DNA of 64,000 nucleotides from Utricularia gibba (taxonomy: Eukaryota > Plantae > Magnoliophyta): positions 2,604,001-2,668,000 of the forward strand of contig NEEC01000011.1 of the NCBI GenBank assembly GCA_002189035.1. Reading direction: 5' to 3'. Position numbers and translations under genes: made by a program. The notes under the pieces were generated by a model. That model had not been told where the DNA came from. It saw only the letters and a list, made by a program, of their open reading frames with translations, and made no database searches. Positions 62,943-64,000 of the stretch are shown here, in pieces (the first letter of the stretch is position 1; each line of letters starts with the position of its first letter).

Positions 62943-64000
62943 GCTTGGTACCAAGCTCGTACAGGGTTCTACTTGATCTGTGTGATGAGCGAAGCCTTGG
63001 TTTGTATGGCGATAATGATTCTTGAGAAAACCAGACATCTCATGTACTATTTTCCCTTTTCAAGTCCTGGTATTTCGTTGCGATTAGCAATGAGAGAAAT
63101 CCAGTTGCTTCCTGTGTTTCGCTTTTTGAAATACGTTTTCCTCGCAAGCGAGTAGTGCGTTGGGGGCGCCGACGAAGCAAAAACCCATCCTCTCCTAATA
63201 GAAGCCCTGGTATCTTCTATAAGGGGAGGATTCCGCACGGTAGTGGCACTTCCGATGGGGAAGGGATTCTTGCTCAGTTCCTAGTCCGGTTGTCGCGATT
63301 ACGCTGTTCCCTAGGTGCGTGTTTGTCACACTTGCAACGTCCAACACCAGCGATCAACGGTGAATCGGAATGAAAAGTAACCACTCCGATCGGGCGCCAC
63401 GTGATATTCCTCTCCGGGGAGGTACCTTGGTTGATTCTCCGAAGGCGATGGAATCCTGGAGGAGCCACTCGATTAGACAAAAACGACAATGGGGTACTTG
63501 GGTGTGGAAGGTTTCAGGGTAGTAACCGTGGAGCTTCTTATGTCAGCCGTTCGATTGTGCCCCATCAACGGGAAAGAATATTAGTTAATTCGGAGGAGGA
63601 GATGTGGATATGGAGATTTGAGTGTGGACAGGAGTGAGATAAAACGTTTCCCCAAGGAAAAAGGCTATCTTGCTCCTCCGTGCCGGAATCTACTCGCCTC
63701 CGAGGTATATTCTCTCCCGTTTCGGCTAATGTTTAAAAAGGGCTCTCATTTTGTGTAGCTTTGCGTGTTAGAAGATCAGGGATACAATGTATTAACTGTT
63801 TGATGCCATCACGTTGTACCTCTGTTCAGTTCGAAGTAAATATGGTGTCTTTGATCACATTACCTCCTCTACAGCAGGCTTATCTGTCAAGTTCATCAGC
63901 CCAGGTAATATTTTGGCCTTTAATGGCTATTCTTCAAGTTTACCCACGCTATGAATTTTTAAATTTATGTTTATGCAGTTAGGTTTGCAGGGGCGTGGCC

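Noticed and set aside
63160-63180. GGCGCCG resembling an LTR primer-binding site
   Set aside because: No adjacent LTR end (..CA), no tRNA complementarity beyond a few bases, and no gag/pol fragments.
1-64000. CRISPR arrays, rRNA, tRNA and spliceosomal snRNA genes
   Set aside because: No repeat-spacer arrays, cloverleafs, rRNA-length matches or USE (RTCCCACATCG) elements were seen, and the context is eukaryotic nuclear DNA.

Overview
This is gene-dense nuclear DNA from a eudicot plant. I find about 22-23 protein-coding genes in 64 kb, mostly with 70-150 nt introns, no recognisable LTR retrotransposon and only MITE-scale relics. In order: PP2C (runs off the left edge), proteasome PBG1, a variant-RING protein with a triplicated exon/intron unit, a rubredoxin-like protein, a DOMON/cytochrome b561, a candidate H/ACA snoRNA locus, MORC6-like, RRP40, a Raf-like kinase, PPT1/COQ2, an ATL RING-H2, a small DPLSYALNF-motif protein, a nucleobase-ascorbate transporter (NAT), two tandem orphan genes, DCL1, QUIRKY, an uncharacterised protein, GlcAT14-like, HVA22a-like, ClpR2, a DUF7054-type protein and a GPI-anchored LTP. 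The best candidate for an undescribed system is the orphan pair at 34.5 kb and 36.8 kb, which the ORF track misses. Each encodes a small 3-exon protein (123 and 111 aa) with an acidic N-terminal helix and a conserved glycine-zipper-like hydrophobic core. Their exons have diverged more than their introns, and W-box clusters lie upstream, which suggests a defence-related membrane-active protein family. Other notable signals: an eroded miR162 site in DCL1, at least 7 GC-AG introns, a His-to-Tyr change at a likely heme ligand of the cytochrome b561, and GC3-rich 3' terminal exons. All gene models and counts were made by hand. Homology calls come from recalled family motifs, not database searches.
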